A DNA stretch of 31,811 nt, taken from positions 132,460-164,270 of the IMG/VR virus record IMGVR_UViG_3300021431_000080; one strand, given 5' to 3'. The DNA is from a virus. Lineage: Duplodnaviria; Heunggongvirae; Uroviricota; Caudoviricetes. The notes under the pieces are model-generated. The model was not told the DNA's origin. It worked only from the letters and a program-made list of their open reading frames with translations, and ran no database searches. Positions 17,458 to 26,600 of this stretch are shown here, in pieces (position 1 is the first letter of the stretch; each line of letters starts with the position of its first letter). Position numbers and translations under genes: made by a program.

Positions 17458-17925
17458 ATGAATACAGAAGTTAAAGAAGAAGTCCTCAAGAAAGTTTTAA
17501 AGATTCTCATTGATGACTATAGCGATACCGTATTTACATCGAAGCTTTACGAGATGTTCGGAAAGGACGTTGACGACGTAAAGTCCTACATAAAGGTCGG
17601 AAGGAAATTCTGGCACTTTGATCCTGACAAGCATCGTTTTCGCATGATAACCGTTACTTATATTCGTTCTGGTGTTATGTTTTTCACGTTCGATGATGAT
17701 CCAGATCAGAACGAGGAGGCTTGGTATCTTGGTAGTTTCAATACAATGATGCTGCATGCTGCACAGATATTTCCTTATGAAATAGGGAAACTGCTTTCAA
17801 AGCATTTCGAAAATATGGAGACAAGGTTCCTTGAAATTTGCAAGCAGTGCAAATGGGACAACCTTGACGGAAGGATAACGGTTGAGGTCGTGTGGGATAG
17901 GCAGGATGAAACAAATCCGATATGA
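17458..17925 (+). CDS. Hypothetical protein
   Basis: 155 aa ORF. Confidence 0.8.
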   Translation: MNTEVKEEVLKKVLKILIDDYSDTVFTSKLYEMFGKDVDDVKSYIKVGRKFWHFDPDKHRFRMITVTYIRSGVMFFTFDDDPDQNEEAWYLGSFNTMMLHAAQIFPYEIGKLLSKHFENMETRFLEICKQCKWDNLDGRITVEVVWDRQDETNPI

Positions 17926-18128
17926 TGAGTTTTTACGACAGACTGCAGCAGATTGAGAGACTCCGAATGATGGAGGTTTCCGGTCAGGATCTTCCAGTCA
18001 CAGGAATATCCACATCAGACTATTCTCTTGGATTAACCAAGGAAGGATGCACTATCGAGGATGAAATTCGCGATATGGAAGAAGAGATCCATTTATTGAA
18101 AACCGAAATTGAATATTTGAAATCATGA
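17922..18128 (+). CDS. Small coiled-coil hypothetical protein
   Basis: 68 aa, ATGA overlaps at both ends. Confidence 0.7.
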   Translation: MMSFYDRLQQIERLRMMEVSGQDLPVTGISTSDYSLGLTKEGCTIEDEIRDMEEEIHLLKTEIEYLKS

Positions 18129-18859
18129 ACAGAAACAATTTGATGATAAATGACTGGGTTGACTACAATGGCAAATGTGCAATTGTAAAGTCAATCGAAC
18201 CACGAACTCTTGATATACTCGTCTGTATAGACGGAAGGGATATGATCGTGACAGAGACATACGACAACATAGAACCCATTCTTATAACAAGGGAATTTCT
18301 TCTTAAAAATGGTTTCGAATTTGTAGTCAGCGGCGATGATTTTACGAAAGCATACAGGCTGCATGGAACGTTGTATAAATGGAAGGACATCAAAAAAGGG
18401 TACTACATAAATTTCATCTTCTTTTATGATGGATATTTAAACAAGACGCGATGTATGTTGCAGAATAATTATGATACTATGTCAAGAGTGGCACATATTA
18501 GCGACATGCTTTATATTCATGAGCTTCAGCATGCTATAATTATGTTTGGAATTGAAAAGAAGATAACTCTTTGTGTATACAACGTTTCCGATGAGATAAA
18601 GGAGATTGTCTCCGAGACGTTCAAAGGGAACAGCGACATCAATAAAGAAACCTTCACGTTTCATGCAATGCTTGGAGCTGAATGGAGACTATCTCACCCG
18701 AACGAATCGTATAAATCCGTCTATGATGAGACCGACTTAAGGTATCCATATAACACAGGTGAAGGCAGATCATATTCAGAAGCACTTAATGCGTCGGCAT
18801 TCCAGTACGGAGCGGAAGTTGCATACGACATAATGAGAAGAAAGGAGAAAACAGAATGA
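18125..18859 (+). CDS. Two-domain hypothetical protein
   Basis: LMINDWV...EPILITREFLLKNGF...IHELQH N-terminal module plus a separate C-terminal module. Confidence 0.8.
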   Translation: MNRNNLMINDWVDYNGKCAIVKSIEPRTLDILVCIDGRDMIVTETYDNIEPILITREFLLKNGFEFVVSGDDFTKAYRLHGTLYKWKDIKKGYYINFIFFYDGYLNKTRCMLQNNYDTMSRVAHISDMLYIHELQHAIIMFGIEKKITLCVYNVSDEIKEIVSETFKGNSDINKETFTFHAMLGAEWRLSHPNESYKSVYDETDLRYPYNTGEGRSYSEALNASAFQYGAEVAYDIMRRKEKTE

Positions 18860-19236
18860 TAGCTACAACTATAGAACAATCGAAACGTCTGGTTGAACTC
18901 GGGCTTGATCCAGCCACATCGGACATGTGCTATCCGAGAGATGCTTTTTCATCAACATATGATCTTGAGCCAGCGTGCCATGGAGCAGGAGGAACAGGAA
19001 TCGCGCTACCCGCGTGGTCTTTCGATGCTCTGGCGAAGATTATTTCTGATGCGTACATTTTAGAGTTACATATCCGCACAGACAAGACGTGGAACTTGTA
19101 TTGCAAGTATTCCGCCAAGGTCATCTTCCGTAGTTTTGACATCAACAACGGGGAAGGATATAAGTCACCGATAGACGCTATATATCATCTTCTTGTTTGG
19201 CTTCTTGAGAATGGAAAAATGAATCCTAAGAAATAA
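18856..19236 (+). CDS. TTIEQSKRL/PAWS-family protein
   Basis: TTIEQSKRLVELGL...PAWSFDAL; paralog of 23714..24289. Confidence 0.8.
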   Translation: MIATTIEQSKRLVELGLDPATSDMCYPRDAFSSTYDLEPACHGAGGTGIALPAWSFDALAKIISDAYILELHIRTDKTWNLYCKYSAKVIFRSFDINNGEGYKSPIDAIYHLLVWLLENGKMNPKK

Positions 19237-19273
19237 TTCTCCTTCAAATTTTAATTTTTTAGTTTTTTATCAG

Positions 19274-19281
19274 TATCTTTG
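19274..19281 (+). promoter_or_regulatory. Bacteroidota-type -7 promoter element
   Basis: CAGTATCTTTGCAGTATAAAA, nearly identical to the element at 4983. Confidence 0.6.
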
Positions 19282-19301
19282 CAGTATAAAAGTTTACGCA
19301 T

Positions 19302-19658
19302 ATGAAAACTGTAACAAAGTACATCGCCAACGACGGAGTCGAGTTTATGGACAGGGACAAATGCCTACTGCACGAGAGGAAAGTCGAACAGATCGTTTCA
19401 GAGGTATCGTCGCACAACGATCCAGCCATGGCGTTGATATCGTTCGTGGAAGCAATCAAACTTCTTCTAAACATAAGTGTTCCGAGCCACGAAGGGTACA
19501 TCGAGCTTTTTTCGTCCCACAAGCCGTGTTCATTCCACTGTACTCTGTGGAGATTTGTTGTCGACTACAGCAAAGACTACCCTACTGTGTACAAATTGTT
19601 CTCCGACACACTCGACAGATACATTGAACTGTACGGTGAACCTGCAAAATGTGATTGA
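19302..19658 (+). CDS. Hypothetical protein
   Basis: KYIANDGVEFMDRDKCLLHE N-terminus, similar to 1720..2187. Confidence 0.8.
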   Translation: MKTVTKYIANDGVEFMDRDKCLLHERKVEQIVSEVSSHNDPAMALISFVEAIKLLLNISVPSHEGYIELFSSHKPCSFHCTLWRFVVDYSKDYPTVYKLFSDTLDRYIELYGEPAKCD

Positions 19659-19667
19659 GAATACTAC

Positions 19668-19919
19668 ATGGACAGAGTTACATTATTGACACAAGTAAAC
19701 GAGGACAAATCAATCCACGTAACCTCTTTTGGTTTCATAGACCAGATGCCGTTCAACAGTATCAAGGATGCGTTTCACTATCTCTTCAAAACCAATCCGG
19801 ACGGATCCAAAATCTATGTAACAAAGTCCTCTGCAGATTTTGCGTGGATAACAGTAGAATCGTCTAACGAAAAGAAATTCTATGAACTACATTCAGAAAC
19901 TCCGCTTACATATGAATAA
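19668..19919 (+). CDS. Hypothetical protein
   Basis: 83 aa ORF. Confidence 0.65.
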   Translation: MDRVTLLTQVNEDKSIHVTSFGFIDQMPFNSIKDAFHYLFKTNPDGSKIYVTKSSADFAWITVESSNEKKFYELHSETPLTYE

Positions 19920-20406
19920 ACCGATTTCAAAAAGGATATCCAAGTGCAGGAACAAGAACGCCAAGAAGCGCAGAAGAGGTCACAAGAACCTTTTCTGGCT
20001 CGTACTGTCCACCGAAGGTGCTGGAATCGTCTCCCTGTTCGCCCGCAAGCCGAACAAAGAGAAAATTCCAAATGACGAGTACCGCAAGTACTACACGGAG
20101 GACTTCAGATGGGATAGCATCCATTCCGTGTACTACCCGAACGAATCAGTCAGGAACCGTCTTCCCGTAGGCAAGTTCGTTCCGACCAAGGTCAGGCTCG
20201 TCATATGCAACGACAACCCGGATCTATACACCCAGCGTTACAAGGACTGCTTATTCGTGAACAGCCGCCTTGTAACCTACTACATAGGGGGAAATCGCAA
20301 TCGCAAAGTCACCCAAGTCCCGCACTCTTTCCGATTGTCTAGCAAACTGTTCCCTGATGTCACTGAGGAGAGCGGCATCGTCGGACTTAAAATCGTAAAA
20401 TATTGA
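19912..20406 (+). CDS. Basic hypothetical protein
   Basis: Likely start ATG 19912; Lys/Arg-rich N-terminus. Confidence 0.75.
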   Translation: MNKPISKRISKCRNKNAKKRRRGHKNLFWLVLSTEGAGIVSLFARKPNKEKIPNDEYRKYYTEDFRWDSIHSVYYPNESVRNRLPVGKFVPTKVRLVICNDNPDLYTQRYKDCLFVNSRLVTYYIGGNRNRKVTQVPHSFRLSSKLFPDVTEESGIVGLKIVKY

Positions 20407-20409
20407 GTT

Positions 20410-20904
20410 ATGGCAAACAATAAAATGAATTGGTGGGCACGATTCTTCCGCAATTTTTTCTGCAAGCACCCCGATGTGTATATCAAGGAAACAGTCACAA
20501 CGGCACCAACTGGCACAGACAGGGAACTCCTTGTCACAGATCTATGCCAGAGGCTCCCATACAAGGTTATCTGTTACGCTCCTGACAATGAGTACGGCGA
20601 GACGGGCATCCTGTATTCCGTTGATCCGTTCGACGAGACAGACCCCAACATATACATACAGTACCCGAAGGGGAACATCCTCTCGTTCTTCCCGTCCGAA
20701 ATCAATCCCTACCTCAGACCCATGTCCGACGTGACACCAGAGGAGAGGGAGGAGCTCGACTCCATCATCATAACCATAATCAACGAGGACTACACACAAA
20801 GTGTGCGGTACACCGAATATCTCAACAGGCACCACCTCGACTGGAGAGGTCTCATACCGAAGGGACTCGCTCTGGCAGCTCCTGAATGGATGTATAATAA
20901 TTAA
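20410..20904 (+). CDS. PYLRPMS-family paralog 4
   Basis: NPYLRPMSDVT...HHLDWRGLIPKGLALAAPEWMY. Confidence 0.85.
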   Translation: MANNKMNWWARFFRNFFCKHPDVYIKETVTTAPTGTDRELLVTDLCQRLPYKVICYAPDNEYGETGILYSVDPFDETDPNIYIQYPKGNILSFFPSEINPYLRPMSDVTPEEREELDSIIITIINEDYTQSVRYTEYLNRHHLDWRGLIPKGLALAAPEWMYNN

Positions 20905-20909
20905 ATACT

Positions 20910-21017
20910 ATGACACAAGAAGAAAGAGAAATAATTGCCAATAATTGCCCACACTGGAATGAATGCACTTTTCCGTGTGAAAATTGTCCAACATTCAAGA
21001 AAATGTTTAAATTATGA
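20910..21017 (+). CDS. 35 aa Cys-rich peptide
   Basis: MTQEEREIIANNCPHWNECTFPCENCPTFKKMFKL fills the gap, with a TGA/ATG overlap at 21014. Confidence 0.5.
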   Translation: MTQEEREIIANNCPHWNECTFPCENCPTFKKMFKL

Positions 21018-21412
21018 CACAAGAAGAAAAAGAACTACTGCTGAAAGACCTTTGTGCAAGGTTACCATATGGGATTTTTGTTAAAGAAAATCGCGAGTCT
21101 CTTGACGATAGTCCTACTATCTATACATTCGATTACCATCCGTGTATAGATAATTGTAAACCGTATCTCCGTCCAATGTCGTCAATGACTGAGGAAGAGA
21201 AAGAAGAATGGCACAACACATTTGACTCTGTTCAGGATTATGTTCCTGAGGCTGATGATTATGATGATAATTGGCATGAAGAGCATGGGATTGAATCATA
21301 TGATTATCTTATTTCTCATTATTTTGATTACCGTGGCTTGATTCCCAAGGGTCTTGCATTGGAAGCCCATGAAGATATAAGAAAAATGATTGAAGTATGG
21401 CAAAGTTTATAG
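21014..21412 (+). CDS. PYLRPMS-family paralog 5
   Basis: CKPYLRPMSSMTEEE...FDYRGLIPKGLALEA. Confidence 0.85.
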   Translation: MTQEEKELLLKDLCARLPYGIFVKENRESLDDSPTIYTFDYHPCIDNCKPYLRPMSSMTEEEKEEWHNTFDSVQDYVPEADDYDDNWHEEHGIESYDYLISHYFDYRGLIPKGLALEAHEDIRKMIEVWQSL

Positions 21413-21630
21413 AAATATATTTCCATTTTCATGGACAAGGCACAGTAAGGCGTTTCATTATGAATACTGACGAGATTGCCAGAGTAGAGGAAAATAGACA
21501 GGCACAACTTGTGCCTGGTGGAGGAGTTAAGGATTATACTGAGTGTGTATTGGTAATGAAAGACGGAACTCGATGTATCCTGGAGGAAAATAAAAAGGAA
21601 AAAATAATAAAACAATTACTGGAGTTATGA
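21397..21630 (+). CDS. Hypothetical protein
   Basis: 77 aa ORF between two paralogs. Confidence 0.7.
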   Translation: MAKFIEIYFHFHGQGTVRRFIMNTDEIARVEENRQAQLVPGGGVKDYTECVLVMKDGTRCILEENKKEKIIKQLLEL

Positions 21631-22013
21631 CACAAGAAGAAAAAGACCTACTGCTGAAAGACCTTTGTGCAAGGTTACCTTACGGCGCATTTGTTCAATT
21701 TGAAGTAGACGGACAGAAGACGATAAAACCTCTTACCGTGGATTTCTTCAGTAGTACATGGTATCATACAGAATGGATAAAACCTTATCTCCGTCCGATG
21801 TCAAGTATGACAGAGGAAGAGAGGAATGACTATATCATATTTAGGTACGTAAAGCACCACGAATGGGACGGACATAGCACATATACCGAATATGTTGAGG
21901 TTGATGAAATAAACAATTATTTTGACTGGCTTAATGCTCATCACTTTGATTACCGTGGTTTGATTGAGAAAGGTCTTGCATTATCGGCACCAAAAGATAT
22001 GTATACATTATGA
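21627..22013 (+). CDS. PYLRPMS-family paralog 6
   Basis: IKPYLRPMSSMTEEE...HHFDYRGLIEKGLALSAPKDMY. Confidence 0.85.
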   Translation: MTQEEKDLLLKDLCARLPYGAFVQFEVDGQKTIKPLTVDFFSSTWYHTEWIKPYLRPMSSMTEEERNDYIIFRYVKHHEWDGHSTYTEYVEVDEINNYFDWLNAHHFDYRGLIEKGLALSAPKDMYTL

Positions 22014-22324
22014 AAAAATTCATTAAAAAACTTATAGACAAGTACAGCAAGCGGGTCGAGAAAGACATCATCGGCTGCGGACTTTGTTGGAGCGACAACG
22101 AAGAATTGGACAAGGAAGTTGAAATGTATGTCAACGATTTGTTCAGTGAACTGATCGGAGAAAGACCAACGACGGATTGCTCCTCTCCCGAGTATGAACA
22201 ATGGTACAGGAGATTCCTTGTCTTCTGTGAGATAATGGAAAAGTTCGGAAAAAAGTACGGCGGAAAATATGCATATTTCCAGACACCGAAAAATCTCGCA
22301 AACAGACACGGACCCCGCGATTGA
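22010..22324 (+). CDS. Hypothetical protein
   Basis: 104 aa ORF, ATGA overlap. Confidence 0.75.
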   Translation: MKKFIKKLIDKYSKRVEKDIIGCGLCWSDNEELDKEVEMYVNDLFSELIGERPTTDCSSPEYEQWYRRFLVFCEIMEKFGKKYGGKYAYFQTPKNLANRHGPRD

Positions 22325-22365
22325 CATCCGCTCCGGAATTTTTTTCAAAAATATTTTGCAATTTA

Positions 22366-22397
22366 TTTGGACAGTTCAAAAACATTCCGTATCTTTG
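22366..22397 (+). promoter_or_regulatory. Bacteroidota promoter, same class as the cassette promoters
   Basis: TTTGGACAGTTCAAAAACATTCCG-TATCTTTG: TTTG - 20 nt - TAnnTTTG. Confidence 0.8.
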
Positions 22398-22447
22398 CAC
22401 CGTCAAACAGAGAAAAGCATATCGATTAACATCTAATATCCAATACT

Positions 22448-23116
22448 ATGTACAAGTTTGTCAAAATACAGAGAAAAGGTTCGAAAGACGGTCACTGGTT
22501 TTTCAAACCCGAGACCGAAGAGCAAGTGGTCGAACATTTCAAGAAGATCTTCGGAGGCGAGATCCGCGACGGTGTCCACGACCATATCGAACACAGCCAT
22601 CTCGTTCCTGACAAGTCAAACCCTGAAGGGAACTGGCTGTACACCGAGCATGCCGTCACACCGTGGGCTAAAGCCGTGGATGTCTACAAGGAAGTGTGGT
22701 GCTGCTCATGGATTGAGGCTGCGGTGAGGTTGGAGAACGAGACCCTCAACCACAGAGTCTGCGATTTCCGTAAAGGTCGCGAAATGTATCTCGACAACGG
22801 AGTGGTCGAGACCATGATGGTCGACGACGACGAGATCGTCGACGAGATCTCCAAGGACACTCTCGAGTTCCCAATAGAGGAGCAGTACCGTCTCGAGGAG
22901 GTGCGGTATATGCAGTGGGGGAAGATGGACTACCTGGCGCTGGGACTTCCCGAGAGCTGCAAGCACTACGGCGGGAACCACTGGTATGCCAAGATAGGCA
23001 AGCTCGACATCAAGGACAAGGACGGCAACATGAAATGGAACACCAAGGAAGAGGCCGAGGCTGCCGCCAAATGGTTCATCGAGAACAAAGTCAGTTGGAA
23101 ACGCTATAACGAATAG
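22448..23116 (+). CDS. Hypothetical protein
   Basis: 222 aa ORF downstream of the promoter. Confidence 0.85.
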   Translation: MYKFVKIQRKGSKDGHWFFKPETEEQVVEHFKKIFGGEIRDGVHDHIEHSHLVPDKSNPEGNWLYTEHAVTPWAKAVDVYKEVWCCSWIEAAVRLENETLNHRVCDFRKGREMYLDNGVVETMMVDDDEIVDEISKDTLEFPIEEQYRLEEVRYMQWGKMDYLALGLPESCKHYGGNHWYAKIGKLDIKDKDGNMKWNTKEEAEAAAKWFIENKVSWKRYNE

Positions 23117-23150
23117 TAACAGGAAACACAAAACAAAAAATGAAAGAAAC

Positions 23151-23672
23151 ATGCTGATTACAGGTTTATCGATTCTTATCATGTTCATCATGGCTTCGGT
23201 CATAAAGAAGCACGATGAAAGTCTCAAATGGGGAGGTGTCGTCGGAATCGGGTTGGGCTTGGGAGTGGTCGTCTCGCTCTGTGTGCATCTTTTCACATTC
23301 CCCTTTGTCATAGAGCATAAGTACAGAACGTTCGAGAAGGAGATTGTCGCCTCCAAGTCCGATTCCAGGATAGAAGGCTCCGTAGGAGGTGGTCTCTTCT
23401 ATGTGAAGGGCAGGATTGACGAGATCGACTACTACTTCGTCCTCACGAAGACAAACGGGATATACAGGCAGGAGAAAGTACCTGTCGAAAGCACCGTCAT
23501 CATAGAGACGGAAGGAAAGCCGAAAGTCGTAATGAACAAGCACTACAGCGGAGGATCCGCGCTTCCGAACTGGATAAGGTTCCACAACGAACCTGAATAC
23601 CGCAACGAAAAGGACACCATATATGTTCCCGTAGGGACTGTGGAGAACAGTGCCAGATTCGAAGTGTTCTGA
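23151..23672 (+). CDS. Membrane protein (two N-terminal TM helices)
   Basis: LITGLSILIMFIMASVI and WGGVVGIGLGLGVVVSLCVHLF hydrophobic segments. Confidence 0.8.
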   Translation: MLITGLSILIMFIMASVIKKHDESLKWGGVVGIGLGLGVVVSLCVHLFTFPFVIEHKYRTFEKEIVASKSDSRIEGSVGGGLFYVKGRIDEIDYYFVLTKTNGIYRQEKVPVESTVIIETEGKPKVVMNKHYSGGSALPNWIRFHNEPEYRNEKDTIYVPVGTVENSARFEVF

Positions 23673-23713
23673 TCTTTCCGCCAATCTGAACAAAGACTGC
23701 AACAAAAACACAA

Positions 23714-24289
23714 ATGGACACCATAGGACAAACCGACGCATTCGAGAAGCACCGCACATCGCTTGAGCAGGGGAAGAACCTTATGAGACTTGGACTTTCC
23801 CCATACACGGCAGACTTCATATGGAACCACTGGTACGAAAAGGAAGATCCGGATTATGATACTTTTCATTCCCACCTGTTCCAGGAACCGAAGCACGGAT
23901 GGGAGATCGTTCCGTTGAAGGAACCAGTCGACATAACCGTAGCCAACCGATACCACTCCTTCAAGGACGGATTCAACGTCCCCTCGTGGTCGCTCGGATC
24001 GCTTCTTTCCGTTATCCCGAAACCGGGGATAAAGGGTGAATTCAACGGTGTCCCATACGGATGGAACCTCAACCCTTCAAGGCTGAGGTATACGGCAGCC
24101 AACTGCATACACGACTACTCCTGCTCCCGTGGATATGTAAACGCAGCATACATGCTTGTGTGCGATCTCCTGAAGAAAGGAATCGTTCCAAGATATGAGT
24201 ATCCAAAGCTGTATGACTTCAACACAAAGAAGGAATACCTGATATGGGATTTCCCAAAAAACCAAACCCCCGATCCAGATGACAAATGA
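23714..24289 (+). CDS. TTIEQSKRL/PAWS-family paralog
   Basis: TSLEQGKNLMRLGL...PSWSLGSLL. Confidence 0.8.
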   Translation: MDTIGQTDAFEKHRTSLEQGKNLMRLGLSPYTADFIWNHWYEKEDPDYDTFHSHLFQEPKHGWEIVPLKEPVDITVANRYHSFKDGFNVPSWSLGSLLSVIPKPGIKGEFNGVPYGWNLNPSRLRYTAANCIHDYSCSRGYVNAAYMLVCDLLKKGIVPRYEYPKLYDFNTKKEYLIWDFPKNQTPDPDDK

Positions 24290-24704
24290 AGACACCGAAC
24301 TTCTGCTGAAGGACATACACCCAAGGATTCGCCACGGTCTCATGTGCCTTGGAGACGGGCTGCTCACCGTCGGTTACATACAGGGCGAGTATGTCCATGC
24401 AGAGGAACATCCAAAAGAGAGATACCATATATCCTATATAAAGCCTTGCTTGCGTCCGCTCTCCTCGATGACAGAGGAAGAACGGAATGAACTTTCCGAC
24501 TTCCTGCAGGAACATGTCATGCCCGACAGGACAGGGATAACGTTCCCTCCTGATCCGATCCACGGAAAGGGAATCCCGTTTGAATGGATGTCGGAATGCA
24601 TCGACTGGCTCAACAGGCACATGTTCGACTACCGTGGACTTATCCAGAAGGGACTTGCTGCCGAGGCTCCAGAATGGATGTACCGGAAGGTAAAGGGAAC
24701 CTAG
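24279..24704 (+). CDS. PYLRPMS-family paralog 7
   Basis: IKPCLRPLSSMTEEE...FDYRGLIQKGLAAEAPEWMY. Confidence 0.85.
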   Translation: MTNEDTELLLKDIHPRIRHGLMCLGDGLLTVGYIQGEYVHAEEHPKERYHISYIKPCLRPLSSMTEEERNELSDFLQEHVMPDRTGITFPPDPIHGKGIPFEWMSECIDWLNRHMFDYRGLIQKGLAAEAPEWMYRKVKGT

Positions 24705-24849
24705 GGAAACGAATCCGACTGTTCGCAGCTTTGTGGATGTTTTTGATCCGTCTGTGCAATTTTTGGAACAAAATCGCGGCATTTCCTGGCAGAAAATGTA
24801 ATTTTTTGGAATTTTTTGTCAGTTTTTTGAATAAAAATAGGATTGGCGG

Positions 24850-24889
24850 TGATATCAAAACGATATCGCTTTGATATCATATTGATAGC
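24850..24889. repeat. 30-bp near-perfect palindrome with GATATC repeated every 11 bp
   Basis: TGATATCAAAACGATATCGCTTTGATATCA (24850-24879). GATATC at 24851, 24862 and 24873; GATAGC at 24884. Confidence 0.85.
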
Positions 24890-24915
24890 ATTGAAGCAAC
24901 GGATTTCTTTTCCTG

Positions 24916-24942
24916 TTATATTATTACATAGTAATAATATAA
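24916..24942. repeat. AT-rich perfect inverted repeat (12-bp arms, 3-nt loop)
   Basis: TTATATTATTAC-ATA-GTAATAATATAA. Confidence 0.85.
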
Positions 24943-25134
24943 TGGGTTGTTTTGTAATGCTATAATAACGAGTGGGTTTCATCTTAATCCATACGATCAT
25001 TTAATCCCCGTCTTTCAAGGTGTCCCAAAATACCCCCTCTGGACCCCCTCTCCAGACCCCTCAATTTCAAGGTACTTCCGACTTGTAAATTTTATTTTCC
25101 TTCCGACTTCCTTCCGACCTTCTTCCCGCGAGAC

Positions 25135-26089
25135 AATTCCATTGAGATTATTTTCTGCGCAGCGAACTCAAGTTCCATTTAAGTTTTGTCGTCATCTTCC
25201 TCACACCCATTCGCCGCAACTTCCGAATACTCTTCCGTCTTCTCTTCCGTCTTCTCTTCCGTCGATGCTGCCGAAAACAATTCCATTGCAATTTTATTTT
25301 TTCCATCCCGCCGACTCCTCTCGTATTTTTATTTTTATTTTTCACCCACCCCGCCTTTATTTTTACTGAACACCACCTATGTCCAGAAGCCCATTCCCAG
25401 TCCTCCAGAACCCCTAATTCCATTGGAATTGCGTCCTGTTTTCCAGCTCAGGTCTCCCTTTTCACTTCCCTTACCGCAACACATCTCCGTTCCGAACTCA
25501 AGACCTCCGTACCCCACTTCATCTCCTTCCTCCGTCCTTTCAATTCCAATGCAATTATGCGCTGTCCCGCGATCTGTATGAAGTCCTCTTTCATCTTCGT
25601 GCGAAGTAGCCTTCCCCGATCCGGTCTGTTTGCCGTCAGTCACAATTCCAATGCAATTTGAAACAGCCGAGTCTTCCTGCAAGTAGTCTTTGTCATCTCG
25701 TTCCACAGCAATGCCCCCGTACTCCGGATACTTCGCCAGATTCAATAATTCCAATGGAATTGAAAAGCTCGGCATCCAGAAAGGTTCGGGTGAACTTTGT
25801 GTTCCCCTGCCTTGCGATGTCCTCATGCACCGACACTCCTGACCAAGGTCTCCTGAAGACCGTCAATATAATTCCAATGGAATTGCCCCAGCTAAGGTTG
25901 AGCCGGGGTTTGGCTCAAGTTCCATATCACGCCTGCCGCCAAAGGCAAGCAATCCTGATGCAGGAAGGTCTCCGTCCTTTCCATTCCAATGGAATTGTTC
26001 CAGTGGGACCGCCGTCCATCAAGGGTTCGTCGTGATTTCACACCGAAGCCCTCGGATTTGACGGAAGTCTTCGTAATTCCAATGGAATT
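25135..26089. repeat. Block 1 of 15-bp palindrome AATTCCAWTGGAATT (9 copies)
   Basis: Starts at 25135, 25279, 25416, 25542, 25644, 25747, 25870, 25982 and 26075 (0-2 mismatches). Confidence 0.92.
25231..25263 (+). repeat. 12-bp tandem repeat x2.75
   Basis: TCTTCCGTCTTC repeated. An 11-bp tandem TTCCTTCCGAC x2 lies at 25097-25118. Confidence 0.8.
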
Positions 26090-26162
26090 GTCTGACACAG
26101 AGGAGGCTGTGTGGACATTGGTGGGGTGTGCGAAAAAAAATTTCAACTTTTTTGTTAAAAAA

Positions 26163-26194
26163 TTTGGCCAGTTCAAAAAAAGTTCGTATCTTTG
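26163..26194 (+). promoter_or_regulatory. Cassette promoter 1
   Basis: TTTG - 20 nt - TATCTTTG. Confidence 0.85.
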
Positions 26195-26256
26195 CATTAT
26201 CAAAAAAGGAAGAAAGAATACACAAACAATAACAACACATTAAAACGCAACAAGTT

Positions 26257-26481
26257 ATGAAAGCACAAGCAAAAAAGAACTTCAACAAATGGTTCAGCAG
26301 ACCGATAGCCTATCTGATGATGTTCATATCGCTCACCGCGATGTGCGGAGCGGACAGCCTTATGGAGAACGGAAAGATGTACATTCTCCTGCTCGGTATG
26401 TTCATACCTATGTGGGTGATGTACATTCTGCACAAGTTCGGACTGATGGAGTGGTTGGACAAGAAACCTGACATCGACTGA
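26257..26481 (+). CDS. Small two-TM membrane protein
   Basis: 74 aa, two hydrophobic segments, lies between promoter and terminator. Confidence 0.8.
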   Translation: MKAQAKKNFNKWFSRPIAYLMMFISLTAMCGADSLMENGKMYILLLGMFIPMWVMYILHKFGLMEWLDKKPDID

Positions 26482-26511
26482 AAAACTTATTACAATCCAC
26501 CTTTCTAAGAG

Positions 26512-26553
26512 GGACATCGCCCCGACACCCAATAAGTGTCGGGGTTGTCCTTT
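26512..26553 (+). terminator. Intrinsic terminator-like hairpin
   Basis: CCCCGACAC-N7-GTGTCGGGG, extended by GGACA/TGTCC, then TTT. Confidence 0.7.
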
Positions 26554-26600
26554 ATATGTGGGAAGACGCGCCCGTGGTACGCCGATGGGGACAGTGGGAG

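Noticed and set aside
10483-24704. Diversity-generating retroelement behind the paralog variability
   Set aside because: No reverse transcriptase and no template/variable repeat pair differing at adenines in this window.
1115-24782. Minus-strand ORFs opposite the packed + strand genes
   Set aside because: Shadow ORFs with no recognisable motifs; the + strand is already tiled with ATGA-type overlaps.
757-26089. Link between the CRISPR repeat start (AATGGAA) and the dispersed palindrome (CCAATGGAATT)
   Set aside because: Only 7 shared bases with different symmetry and context; chance is sufficient.
24584-26243. ORFs called on both strands in the boundary region and palindrome block 1
   Set aside because: Low-complexity translations with recurring IPMEL/FHWN/NSIG peptides that are just the palindrome read in different frames. 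No promoter or leader context.
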